The notes under the pieces are model-generated. The model was not told the DNA's origin. It did not search any database and saw nothing but the letters and a program-made list of their open reading frames with translations. From Desulfobacterales bacterium (lineage in GTDB: Bacteria > Desulfobacterota > Desulfobacteria > Desulfobacterales > UBA11574): DNA of 44,271 nucleotides. Within the stretch, counting starts at the first letter, position 1, and each line of letters starts with the position of its first letter. The position numbers and the translations under genes were made by a program. The stretch lies in NCBI GenBank assembly GCA_049583675.1, contig JBAUWG010000584.1:1-44271 (forward strand). Reading direction: 5' to 3'. Shown here one piece after another: positions 1 to 9,347 of the stretch.

Positions 1-152
1 AACCCTCCAAGGCAGAGCATCTAACTCTGACTTGGCCCAGAGCGCAGATTTTCAGAACGAAATGTGTGGAGTCTTGAAAAAAGAAAGGGGGTGGAAAGGT
101 CAAATTCGTCATCACCAAACATATGAATACGTTAATGAATGAGGAGGTGGAA

Positions 153-1328
153 ATGAAAAAAAGTTCTCTGATCATCGTTACTGCGGCGGCGATTATCTGT
201 TTCATGCTGGGTTCATCACTGGGTTATAGTGCAGAGCCCATTAAAATTGCAGGAATATTTGCTCTAACCGGCCGTGCGGCGCATATCGGAACCGCACAAA
301 GAGATGCGGTTGTGATTGCCATTGATGAGGTGAACCAACAGGGCGGCATCAACGGCCGCAAGCTGGAAATGGTAATGGAAGATACGGAAAGCAACCCGAC
401 CAAAGCGGTTATGGCGCTGAAGAAGGTTTTAGAGTCCGAAGACGTGGTGGCCATTATCGGACCGACCCTCACCGGAACCGCCATGGCCATGAGGGGATTT
501 ATTGAAAAAGAAAAGATTCCCGCTTTCATGCATTCGGGCGGGGATGTAATTCTGCTGGCACCGCTCAATAAAAAGGATCCGAATTCGCGGCCTAAATGGA
601 CATTTAAATCGCCATATAAGGCGGCAGATGCCATGGGTAAGATCTGCCAGTACATGAGTCGGCACGGCATCAAAAAAATCGGATTTATCTATTCAGACGA
701 AGGGTTCGGCAAAGACGGACTCAGAAACGTAAAGATCCAGGCGCCAAAGTATCGAGTCACGGTGGTGGCGCAAGAGGCTTTTCAACCCAAAGATGTGGAT
801 ATGACGGCCCAGCTCACCCGCATTGAGGCAAAAGGCGTTGACGGGATCATCGCCTGGACCGTGGGGCCGGCCATGGGGATCATTGCTAAGAATGTCAAAC
901 AATTGGGTGTAAAATCGCCGTTGTTCGAATGTCACGGCGCCGGAGATCCCATTTTCTGGAAGGTTGCCGGAGAGGCCGGAGAAGGTGTTATGATGCCGTC
1001 TACTAAAATTGTGGTGGGCGATCAGCTTCCCGACAGCGATATTCAGAAAAAGAAAATTATCGACTATGTGAACGCCTATCGAAAAAAATTCAACCGTGAA
1101 CCCGGAACCATGGTGGCCTACGGGGCCGATGCCGCCTTTATCGTTGTGAATGCCATTAAAGAAGTAGGGCCCGACAGGACAAAAATTCGGGATGCCATCG
1201 AAAATACAAAAGGCTATGTTGGACTCAGTGGGATCTACAATATGAGCCCAATGGATCATAATGGTCTTTCTATGACAGACATTGTCATGATAAAGGCAAC
1301 CCAAGGGGGATGGAAACTGCTTAAATAA
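153..1328 (+). CDS. ABC transporter substrate-binding protein, Leu/Ile/Val-binding (LivJ/K-like) family
   Basis: Track ORF 123..1328. The preferred start is ATG 153 (MKKSSL...), 6 nt after GAGGAGG at 141-147. A hydrophobic signal peptide (IIVTAAAIICFMLGSSLGYSA) is followed by PIKIAGIFALTGRAAHIG and EVNQQGGINGRKLE, typical of the type-I periplasmic binding family. Confidence 0.85.
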   Translation: MKKSSLIIVTAAAIICFMLGSSLGYSAEPIKIAGIFALTGRAAHIGTAQRDAVVIAIDEVNQQGGINGRKLEMVMEDTESNPTKAVMALKKVLESEDVVAIIGPTLTGTAMAMRGFIEKEKIPAFMHSGGDVILLAPLNKKDPNSRPKWTFKSPYKAADAMGKICQYMSRHGIKKIGFIYSDEGFGKDGLRNVKIQAPKYRVTVVAQEAFQPKDVDMTAQLTRIEAKGVDGIIAWTVGPAMGIIAKNVKQLGVKSPLFECHGAGDPIFWKVAGEAGEGVMMPSTKIVVGDQLPDSDIQKKKIIDYVNAYRKKFNREPGTMVAYGADAAFIVVNAIKEVGPDRTKIRDAIENTKGYVGLSGIYNMSPMDHNGLSMTDIVMIKATQGGWKLLK

Positions 1329-1348
1329 ACGGTTCTATCAGGTACACG

Positions 1349-1378
1349 ATACTCCCCTTTCCAACGAAAGGGGAGTAT
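1349..1378 (+). terminator. Stem-loop after the binding-protein gene (intra-operon attenuator or terminator)
   Basis: ATACTCCCCTTTC (1349-1361), loop CAAC, GAAAGGGGAGTAT (1366-1378). This is a perfect 13-bp stem 21 nt after the stop codon. The downstream sequence is only moderately T-rich. Confidence 0.6.
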
Positions 1379-1563
1379 TGTAGTTTATTCGGTTTTGAAA
1401 AACCTCGTCCTTTGGGCTATGTAAGCGTTTTTTGGCTCTGCTGTGGGGTGTTGTATTAAAAATTACAACCAATAACTATCAATCCCGCTGCCAGGTGGGA
1501 CAAATCCCCTCAGGGGATAACTAACGCTGAGTCCTCTGGGCTCGGATTCTTTTGCTTATGGTT

Positions 1564-2451
1564 ATGGATTTTTCCCAGCAAATTGCGCAGTATATTATTA
1601 CCGGTTTGACCATCGGGGCCATTTACGCCATTGTGGCCATGGGATTTAATATCATTCATAATGCCACTGGAATCGTCAATTTTGCCCAGTGCGAGTTTAT
1701 ATCCCTTGGCGGCATGTTTATGTATTCGCTGGTGGTTTTATTCAAGGTCAATTTGGCCGTCTCATTTATCCTGTCCATGGTCGGCGTCGCCCTCATTGGC
1801 GCCCTGATAGAAATCGGCCCCATCAGACATGCCCGGTCAAAGGACATCATTATTCTTATTTTTTTAACCATCGGAATATCGGAAGTTATCCGGGGATCCG
1901 CCCAAGAGATTTGGGGAAGCGATAATGTCGGCGTTCCGTCATTTTCAGGCGACACCCCGATTCATCTATTAGGCGGAGCAACCATCGTTCCCCAGCATAT
2001 TTGGGTGTTTGCCATCACCGTCTTGGTCATGTTGATGCTGCATTATTTTTTCAAAAGAACATTAATGGGAAAAGCCATGCGGGCAACGGCGGTGAATCGG
2101 CGGGCGGCGGTCCTTACGGGGATTTGCGTGAATCGCATGATCCTTTTTTCTTTTGCCTTCAGCGGAGCGCTGGGGGCGGTGGCCGGAATGATCATCGCGC
2201 CCATTTCAACGACATCCTATGATACGGGCATCATGCTGGGTTTGAAAGGGTTTGCGGCAGCCATCTTAGGCGGTTACGGCAACTTCGCCGGCGCGATACT
2301 GGGCGGAATTATTTTGGGTATTTTGGAATCGCTGGGAGCGGGTCTCGTATCGTCACAATATAAGGATGCCATTGCATTTTTCGTTCTTCTTTTGGTGTTG
2401 TTTTTAAAACCAACGGGGATTATGGGGCATGGTGAATCGGAAAGAGTATAA
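1564..2451 (+). CDS. livH: Branched-chain amino acid ABC transporter permease (LivH family)
   Basis: Track ORF 1552..2451. The protein is polytopic and hydrophobic and collinear with the second LivH copy at 35098..35985. MDFSQQIAQYIITGLTIGAIYAI parallels the usual LivH N-terminus. The start is ambiguous (TTG 1552, ATG 1558, ATG 1564) and there is no clear RBS. Confidence 0.8.
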   Translation: MDFSQQIAQYIITGLTIGAIYAIVAMGFNIIHNATGIVNFAQCEFISLGGMFMYSLVVLFKVNLAVSFILSMVGVALIGALIEIGPIRHARSKDIIILIFLTIGISEVIRGSAQEIWGSDNVGVPSFSGDTPIHLLGGATIVPQHIWVFAITVLVMLMLHYFFKRTLMGKAMRATAVNRRAAVLTGICVNRMILFSFAFSGALGAVAGMIIAPISTTSYDTGIMLGLKGFAAAILGGYGNFAGAILGGIILGILESLGAGLVSSQYKDAIAFFVLLLVLFLKPTGIMGHGESERV

Positions 2452-2556
2452 TAGTTTCCCACCAGAAATTGCCCTTTTCCGCAATCTCTACGTCATTGGA
2501 AACTTATTTGTGTCCATATAGATTTATGGATGGACAACAGATAAGATATAAAAATA

Positions 2557-3522
2557 ATGAACATATTTTTTAAACATAAAGACATCTTCGGCTTCACCCT
2601 GCTGGCCGTTATGATCATTATCCTGCCGGTGTTTGTTAAGAGCAAATACTACTTCATCGTTCTTAATGTGATCGGTCTAAACACTATCGTGGTGGTGGGA
2701 CTTAATCTGCTGATCGGGTTTGCCGGGCAGATTTCATTGGGGCATGCGGCCTTCTACGGCCTGGGTTCGTACTTTTCGGGTATCCTTACGGTAAATTACG
2801 GATTCCCTTTATGGCCCGCGATGGTCGTGGGGATGCTGGCCACCGGTGTTGTCGCCTATTTGATCGGCTATCCTGCGTTAAAGCTTCGAGGCCACTATCT
2901 GGTCATGGCCACCTTGGGGTTCGGCATCATTGTAAATTTCCTTATGGGGGAGTTGGAGCAGTTCACCGGCGGACATGATGGTTTGATGGGTATTCCTCAT
3001 CTGTCCATCGGCGGCATGTTGTTTGATACGGATCTTAAAAACTTCTACCTGATCTGGGGGTTTGTTTTTGTGTCTATGCTGGCTGCCAGAAATCTTCTTA
3101 ACTCAAGAGTGGGCCGGGCATTGCGGGCAATTCACGGCAGTGAGGTGGCCGCAAACTCCCTGGGCGTCAATACCGCCGACTATAAGGTAAAGGTTTTTGT
3201 GCTCAGTGCCATGTTTGCGTCCATATCCGGCAGTCTTTATGCGCATTATATCACGTTTATCAGTCCCGGCTCTTACGATTTTTATTATTCCATCCAGGTT
3301 GTGACCATGGTCATCGTCGGGGGAATGGGAAGTCTTTGGGGTTCGCTTTTCGGTGCCGGAATTCTCACCTTTATTTCCGAAGCGCTTCATGTCGCCAAAC
3401 AATATCACGTCATTGCGTATGGCATTTTTTTGTGTCTGGTGCTTGTTTTTCTGCCGGAAGGGATCCTGGCGGGTATTTATAATTTTTTTGTAAGGAAAAA
3501 GACTCAAAAATTGTTAACCTGA
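2557..3522 (+). CDS. livM: Branched-chain amino acid ABC transporter permease (LivM family)
   Basis: 321-aa membrane protein with GQISLGHAAFYGLGSYFSG and PALKLRGHYLVMATLGFG motifs, shared with the LivM copy at 33953..34978 (GVLPLGHSAFVGIGAYTS, PTFKMRGAYFALATIAFG). Confidence 0.85.
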   Translation: MNIFFKHKDIFGFTLLAVMIIILPVFVKSKYYFIVLNVIGLNTIVVVGLNLLIGFAGQISLGHAAFYGLGSYFSGILTVNYGFPLWPAMVVGMLATGVVAYLIGYPALKLRGHYLVMATLGFGIIVNFLMGELEQFTGGHDGLMGIPHLSIGGMLFDTDLKNFYLIWGFVFVSMLAARNLLNSRVGRALRAIHGSEVAANSLGVNTADYKVKVFVLSAMFASISGSLYAHYITFISPGSYDFYYSIQVVTMVIVGGMGSLWGSLFGAGILTFISEALHVAKQYHVIAYGIFLCLVLVFLPEGILAGIYNFFVRKKTQKLLT

Positions 3523-3782
3523 ATGTTGCGCAAATCGGCGGCATTCAAATAATCTAATGATTCTCGTTCATGTCCACGCAAGATTCAGACGACAACACCC
3601 AGGGGGGAAAAAATAAAAAAAAGCATCCGTGATTAAAAAAATGCTTGATTCGTTGTTTTAATTCTGTTAGCAGAAACTCCAATAACGCAATATATTCCCG
3701 AGTCCTTAACTTTGCCTGGGTCGTAAACCGATGATTTGTGCGAGAAAACGTAGCCTCCCACTGATACGGCCCAGGCCCTTTT

Positions 3783-4757
3783 TTATCCCCTTTTAAATTT
3801 GTTGCAATACTCCGGGATTTCAATAATGGGGGGCCTTTCGTGATCCTCAATTTTATAAATATCCGGCTTGTATTCACCTTTAACAAGGTTAAATTGTATC
3901 ATTTCATCAAAAAGTTTCTCTTTATAATTCACTAACCCCAATTTTATTTTGCGTTCAATAAATGTTTGCAGGATCGCAAAGGCCATCTTCCCGAGCGCTT
4001 TGGTGTCACGGTTTCGGTGAATCCGTCTATCCAGATCCACTTGCGCGATCACATCGAGACCCCATTTTTCATAAATATCGAGAATCATGCTAGTTTCGAC
4101 GCCGTACCCGATGGGGAAGGGGATTTGTTCGAATATTTCCCTATAGCCGGCATATTCACCGGACAGCGGCTGCAGTATCTGAGTAAGATCCGGGAAAAAA
4201 AGCGAAAACAACGGCCGAACAACAAGTTCGGTCACTCTGCCGCCGCCGGTGGGTCTGATTTTGCTTTTTCCAATGGCAATGGGACGGTCGTAAAAAGCCT
4301 TAACATATTTTATGTGATCGAAAAGAATCAGCGGTCCCAGAAGTGCATAGGCAAACCGGTGATGAATATTCTTTATATCCGCATCCAGGTAGACGATGAT
4401 GTCCCCTTTGGTGATGTGCAGGGCCTTCCAGAGATTTTCGCCCTTGCCGATGAATTTTTCAAGGTGGGGAAAGATTTCCGATGCTTCATACACATCGGCG
4501 CCATATCCCCTTGCAATTTCTCTGGTTTTATCTGTTGAACCGGAGTCCACGACAACGATCTCATCGAGAATGGGATAGCGCGTCATCAGCTCTGATTTCA
4601 TGATCAGGATTTCTTTAGCGATGGTTTTTTCTTCATTCAATGTCGGCAGGCATAGTGAAATTGTCAGATTTTTCCGCTGTTTTTCATCGACCAGCCGATG
4701 AAGATCGCTGAATTCCGAATAATGAAAGGTATTGTTATCAATCCAGCGCTTATTCAT
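3783..4757 (-). CDS. gpgS: Glucosyl-3-phosphoglycerate synthase (GT81 family)
   Basis: Track ORF 3783..4928. The chosen start is ATG 4757 (MNKRWIDNN...), because the longer version overlaps the upstream gene by about 180 nt. Motifs: LPTLNEEKTI, VVVDSGSTDKT, GKGENLWKAL, YLDADI (DxD), GGGRVTELVVRPL, LQPLSGEYAG, GYGVE, IAQVDLDRRIHRNR. By eye these are collinear with characterised GpgS such as the mycobacterial enzyme. Confidence 0.8.
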   Translation of the reverse strand: MNKRWIDNNTFHYSEFSDLHRLVDEKQRKNLTISLCLPTLNEEKTIAKEILIMKSELMTRYPILDEIVVVDSGSTDKTREIARGYGADVYEASEIFPHLEKFIGKGENLWKALHITKGDIIVYLDADIKNIHHRFAYALLGPLILFDHIKYVKAFYDRPIAIGKSKIRPTGGGRVTELVVRPLFSLFFPDLTQILQPLSGEYAGYREIFEQIPFPIGYGVETSMILDIYEKWGLDVIAQVDLDRRIHRNRDTKALGKMAFAILQTFIERKIKLGLVNYKEKLFDEMIQFNLVKGEYKPDIYKIEDHERPPIIEIPEYCNKFKRG

Positions 4758-5907
4758 CACATACCCCGTTGTCAATGGCCATGATGACACCAATGATTTG
4801 TGCAATCCCCGTAAATATAGGCTCGATTTCCACACGGGCGTTTGGTTGATGATGGTTGTCCCCCCGGGTAATGCCGAGGGTGATGGACGGGATGTTACGG
4901 GACAGAAAAATGGAAAGTTCGGATTCACTGGGACCGCTGACCGGTGTCAAATCGAGTTTTTTCATCACATTCACGGCGCTTTTTACCAAGGGATGGTTGA
5001 ACTGCAATCTCGCAGCGTGAATATTGCTCAAGGAGTTTAACGTTAAATCAACCTCATACTCGTGGCTCGTACCTTCGACGATATCCTTGATGCTGTTAAA
5101 AATCGACTTGACCATTTTATCGGAATTGCTTTGAATTTCAAACCCCAAAGAGGCATCGTACGCGATCATTCCATGCTTGAATCCCCCTGAGGTTTTGCCG
5201 ATAATCACCCTTGAACGGGGTTTTTGTGGCAAGCGCAGTTTCAAGATCTGATTGATGACTTCATTGATGACCAGGATGGCATTGGGCTTGAACTTATGCT
5301 CGAATCCGCCGATCGGTGAAATGTTGCAGTCGATTTCGCATCGAATCATGCCGTCGGCATAATAATTCAGCCTGCCGAGCTCGGCGCCCTCTATGCAGAC
5401 CGCCCCTCTGATAGGGGTTGTCCATGTCTTCAAGAGATGCCGGATGCCCCTGAGGTTGCCCTTGCCTAAAGATTGTATGACGCCGGCTAAAACAATATCC
5501 GATTCAAAACGCAGGCCCAACCTTCGAAAGAGCTCCGGCAATGAAGCCAGAACCCCGACTCCCACGGAATTGTCGATGATACCCGCACCCCTGATGGTGT
5601 TCTCCTGAATGGAATAATAATGGTCGACGTCTTTGTCGAAGATGGTGTCCAAATGGGCGACCACAAAAATAGGCGGTTTTGATTCGGAAGTTCCTTTAAT
5701 GATGCCGATGGGGTTTCGATAGCCGTCGGTGGTGCATTCATCCACCTGAAATTCAGCCAGCCTTTCCATGAAAACACTGGTGCGTTGCTTTTCTTTGAAT
5801 GTGGGAGCGGGGGTTTGACCGATCAAGACAATGTTGGTAATGACGGTTTCCTTGATTGATTTGATCGTGTCGACAAATCCCGGCAATTTTTCAAGATAGT
5901 CGCTCAT
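4750..5907 (-). CDS. M20/M25/M40-family metallohydrolase-like protein, possibly catalytically degenerate
   Basis: 385 aa. It has FVVAHLDTIFD (HxD), RGAGIIDNSVGVG (metal-bridging Asp region) and a C-terminal ...HHQPNARVEIEPI motif. Where M20 enzymes carry DEE, the sequence reads IQSLGKGNLRG. The stop TAA at 4750-4752 overlaps the gpgS start by 8 nt, suggesting translational coupling. Confidence 0.6.
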   Translation of the reverse strand: MSDYLEKLPGFVDTIKSIKETVITNIVLIGQTPAPTFKEKQRTSVFMERLAEFQVDECTTDGYRNPIGIIKGTSESKPPIFVVAHLDTIFDKDVDHYYSIQENTIRGAGIIDNSVGVGVLASLPELFRRLGLRFESDIVLAGVIQSLGKGNLRGIRHLLKTWTTPIRGAVCIEGAELGRLNYYADGMIRCEIDCNISPIGGFEHKFKPNAILVINEVINQILKLRLPQKPRSRVIIGKTSGGFKHGMIAYDASLGFEIQSNSDKMVKSIFNSIKDIVEGTSHEYEVDLTLNSLSNIHAARLQFNHPLVKSAVNVMKKLDLTPVSGPSESELSIFLSRNIPSITLGITRGDNHHQPNARVEIEPIFTGIAQIIGVIMAIDNGVCDE

Positions 5908-6066
5908 AACAGCTCCCTAAACTTGAAACAGACCGCAGTGATTTCATTGTGCCGAGTCATTCGGATACCATCAAGGATATACCATATCATTAAAAGAGGT
6001 CAATATGTCTTTGAATTTCGATAGCGCGTTATCGCTCCATCGGGGTATTAAATCTTGAAAGATTTC

Positions 6067-7074
6067 ATGATCGACATTATGATTATAAATATGATCCAGA
6101 CAAGCGGCATCGCCACAGACAGGAAGTTTTCAGCCTTTGATTTTATGACCGGCGCCGATCAACGATCCCTTCGCTATGGTATATGGCCTATTCCAAAAGA
6201 AAAGCGGAAAGGATCGACCCTTTTGCTGGTCGGCAGAAGTGAATTTTTGGAAAAATATTCGGAAACCATCGGCGAACTGAATCAAAAAGGGTTTGACGTT
6301 TACAGCTTTGACTGGCGCGGCCAGGGCCTTTCAAGCCGAATGCTGGCAAACCGGCATAAAGGATTCATCGACAATTACGATATTTATTTGAATGACCTCC
6401 AGGTGTTTTTCGATAGGATCGTAAAGCCTGAAGCCGCTCGTCCGTTGATCATCATCGCACATTCCATGGGCGGGCACATTGCGCTCCGTTTTTTGCATGA
6501 TCATCCGGACGCGGCAGATATGGCGGTCCTGACGTCACCGATGATCGACATTTTTAGATCCAATGTGTTCCGTTGGCTTGTCAAACTCATGACGCGTATT
6601 GTCGTCCAAAGCGGATTCAAGCATGTGTATGCCATAGGGTCAGGCGATTATAGGGACCAAAAATTTAATGGGAATCAACTGACCTCGGATCCCGTGCGTT
6701 TTATGGATGCCATCAAAGCCATTGAAAAACAACCCGATCTCGCGCTGGGGGGCGTGACCTATGGATGGTTGTCCGCCACTTTGGCATCCATCGATATCCT
6801 CAATCAGCCCGGATATGCGGCAAAGATTACCACTCCGATTTTAATGATCAGTGCGGGCGAGGATAAAATAGTATCCATCAAGGCGCAGAAGAAGATGTGT
6901 GCATGGCTGCCAGCGTGTCGATTCGTTGAGATCCCGGGAGCGCGTCACGAAATTTTTAAAGAAACGGATGCTGTCCGATCAATCATCTGGCGGGAATTTG
7001 AAAGATTCACGCACATGGAAACGGGAGTATTGAATGCATTGGGCATTAACGGTCGCTCTCTTTTTGCGCCGTAA
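6067..7074 (+). CDS. Alpha/beta hydrolase (lysophospholipase / monoacylglycerol-lipase-like)
   Basis: Track ORF 6055..7074 starts at TTG; the first ATG is 6067. It has the nucleophile elbow AHSMGGHIAL, a late Asp (SAGEDKIV) and His (GARHEIFKE), plus a GRSEFLEKY...FDWRGQG N-terminal region typical of lysophospholipase-type hydrolases. Confidence 0.75.
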   Translation: MIDIMIINMIQTSGIATDRKFSAFDFMTGADQRSLRYGIWPIPKEKRKGSTLLLVGRSEFLEKYSETIGELNQKGFDVYSFDWRGQGLSSRMLANRHKGFIDNYDIYLNDLQVFFDRIVKPEAARPLIIIAHSMGGHIALRFLHDHPDAADMAVLTSPMIDIFRSNVFRWLVKLMTRIVVQSGFKHVYAIGSGDYRDQKFNGNQLTSDPVRFMDAIKAIEKQPDLALGGVTYGWLSATLASIDILNQPGYAAKITTPILMISAGEDKIVSIKAQKKMCAWLPACRFVEIPGARHEIFKETDAVRSIIWREFERFTHMETGVLNALGINGRSLFAP

Positions 7075-7111
7075 AATGGAATATTGAAAGAATAGGAAAT
7101 TGGGCCTAAAC

Positions 7112-8563
7112 ATGGAAAATAGAATTCGTACCCAACGCCCTTTAAAAAGAACCAAAATCATGGCGACACTGGGTCCGGCCAGCGATAAGGAAGACACGCT
7201 CCGGCGAATGATTCTCGCCGGATTGGATGCGGTTCGATTTAATTTTTCTCACAGCACCCATGAATATCTCATACCGCTGATCCAGCGGATTCGGAAATTG
7301 GAAGAACACATGGGGGTCCCTGTTGCCGTTATCGGCGACTTGCAGGGGCCGAGAATACGAATCGGAGAAATTGCAGAAGGTAAAGTGACAGTGACAACCG
7401 GTCAAGAGATTTGTCTGACTCCCCGGCAAATGACCGGAAACAAGGATACGGTTTCGGTCAGTCATCTCAACATGGCAAATGACGTCCATATCGGCAGCCT
7501 GATCCTGATCGATGACGGCAACATTGAACTTGAAGTAGAAAACATTGATGCCGACGGAGATATCCGTTGCCGTATACTCAGGGGTGGGAATCTCTCGGCC
7601 CGGCGGGGCATCAATCTTCCGGGGTTGCGGGTCAATCTCCCGTCCATCACGCCGAAAGATTATGCGGATATCGATTTTGCCGTGGCACAAAATTTCGATT
7701 TTCTGGCGCTGTCGTTTGTACAATCTGCCGAGGATGTTCGCATTTTAAAGAATTATCTGAAGCAGAAGGGATCCAGCATCTCAATCATCGCCAAGATTGA
7801 AAGACAAAACGCTTTGGATGAAATCAAGGCGATTGCTTTCGAAAGCTGGGGCGTTATGGTGGCCCGGGGGGATTTGGCTCTGGAAATGAGTTTGCAGGAG
7901 GTCCCTATTGCACAAAAACGCATTATCGACGTTTGCCGCCGGGCGGCGATTCCGGTGATCACCGCCACCCAAATGCTCGAATCGATGATCGAAAAATACA
8001 AGCCGACCCGGGCTGAGGCCACGGATGTGGCCAATGCCATTTTGGACGGCACAGACGCATTAATGCTGTCCGGTGAAACAGCCGTCGGCCGGCATCCCAT
8101 TGAAACCGTGACAACGATGTCCGAGATCGCTGTAGCCGTCGAAAATGCTTGGTTTGAAAAGAAATTATCCGGCCCCATGCCCTTTGCGCCGCCCGATGAT
8201 ATTGAGCCGATGGTGGCGTATGCCGGCAATTTGGTGGCGGAATCCTTAACGGCAAAAGCGATCGTGGCTTACACCTCCTCAGGTTTGACCGCTTGCCGGG
8301 TGGCCTGCCACCGCCCGCATCGCCCTGTGCTGTCATTATCTATAACCCCTCGGGTTCAACGACGGCTTGCACTGGCCTGGGGTGTGGAAAGTGCTTTAAT
8401 TGAGCCCATAAAAGCAACAGATAATATGGTCGATGTTGCTTTGAAGCAGGTGCAACATCTCGGTCTTGCCGGAACCGGAGATATCGTTGTTATTGTTGCC
8501 GGGACGCCGCCTCTTGGACGAAGCGGTCGCACCAATACGCTCAAGGTTGAGAAAATACCCTGA
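7112..8563 (+). CDS. pyk: Pyruvate kinase
   Basis: Track ORF 7100..8563; the first ATG is 7112. Motifs: KRTKIMATLGPAS, DAVRFNFSHS, GDLQGPRIR, IIAKIERQNAL, VMVARGDLALEM, ATQMLESM, MLSGETAVG. Confidence 0.95.
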   Translation: MENRIRTQRPLKRTKIMATLGPASDKEDTLRRMILAGLDAVRFNFSHSTHEYLIPLIQRIRKLEEHMGVPVAVIGDLQGPRIRIGEIAEGKVTVTTGQEICLTPRQMTGNKDTVSVSHLNMANDVHIGSLILIDDGNIELEVENIDADGDIRCRILRGGNLSARRGINLPGLRVNLPSITPKDYADIDFAVAQNFDFLALSFVQSAEDVRILKNYLKQKGSSISIIAKIERQNALDEIKAIAFESWGVMVARGDLALEMSLQEVPIAQKRIIDVCRRAAIPVITATQMLESMIEKYKPTRAEATDVANAILDGTDALMLSGETAVGRHPIETVTTMSEIAVAVENAWFEKKLSGPMPFAPPDDIEPMVAYAGNLVAESLTAKAIVAYTSSGLTACRVACHRPHRPVLSLSITPRVQRRLALAWGVESALIEPIKATDNMVDVALKQVQHLGLAGTGDIVVIVAGTPPLGRSGRTNTLKVEKIP

Positions 8564-8577
8564 ATAAGGAGGACAAC

Positions 8578-9096
8578 ATGGAACTTAATGGTAAAAAAAT
8601 TATAATCCTGGTTGAAGAGATGTTTAATGTGTTTGAATTCTGGTATCCTTACTATCGCCTGAAAGAAGCCGGTGCCGAGGTCACGGTGGTCGGTTCGGGA
8701 AGAACCGATGAATTCACAGGTAAACCCGGCACCCAGGTCCGGCCGGATATCAACGCGGAGCAGGTATCTGCCGGGGATTATGACGCCGTCATCATTCCCG
8801 GAGGGTACGCGCCGGATATGATGCGCCGCTATCCGGCCATGGTACAAATCGTTAAAGATATGTTCGATGCCGGGAAAATCGTTGCCGCCATTTGTCATGC
8901 CGGCTGGATGCTGGCCTCTGCCAATATACTCGACGGCCGAAAGGCCACCTCATATTTTTCTATAAAGGATGATATGATTCATGCCGGTGCCCTGTGGATG
9001 GACGAATCCGTGGTCATTGACGGCAATCTCATCACCAGCCGTAGACCCGATGACCTTCCGAATTTTATGAAAGCGGTTATTGCTGCACTCAAGTAA
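8578..9096 (+). CDS. DJ-1/PfpI family protein (type-1 glutamine amidotransferase-like fold)
   Basis: 172 aa with RBS AAGGAGG 6 nt upstream. Motifs: YDAVIIPGGYAPD, the nucleophile elbow AAICHAGWML (Cys-His), and GNLITSRRPDDLP. Confidence 0.85.
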   Translation: MELNGKKIIILVEEMFNVFEFWYPYYRLKEAGAEVTVVGSGRTDEFTGKPGTQVRPDINAEQVSAGDYDAVIIPGGYAPDMMRRYPAMVQIVKDMFDAGKIVAAICHAGWMLASANILDGRKATSYFSIKDDMIHAGALWMDESVVIDGNLITSRRPDDLPNFMKAVIAALK

Positions 9097-9347
9097 AAAG
9101 TTTGACAGAAAATAGAAAATGGGAATTAGCAAATAGTTAACTGCAAATGAACGCTAATATTATTATTTGTGTTCATCCGCGGTTCTCTTTATCCACTTGC
9201 CTAATTCTGACCGGAGAAGCAAGATCTTGGCAGTCGGATTAACTGGGAAAGAATCACCGATGGCAAAAGGGACATTCCGTTGTAAATCAAAAAATTGTTG
9301 TGGAATTTATTGTCCTTGTGAACCTAAAGCAAAAAAGGAGGTGAAGC

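Noticed and set aside
224-1304. Track ORFs 224..673, 429..665 and 693..1304 on the minus strand.
   Set aside because: They lie antisense within the well-supported binding-protein gene. They have no family resemblance and a low-complexity composition typical of shadow frames.
3554-3886. 110-aa minus-strand ORF in the convergent spacer after livM.
   Set aside because: It overlaps the 3' end of gpgS out of frame, spans poly-A/T low-complexity DNA, and has no RBS or recognisable fold.
3783-4928. The long 381-aa version of the gpgS ORF.
   Set aside because: The first 57 codons overlap the end of the upstream M20-like gene and have no similarity to GpgS. ATG 4757 gives the normal N-terminus and an 8-nt coupling overlap.
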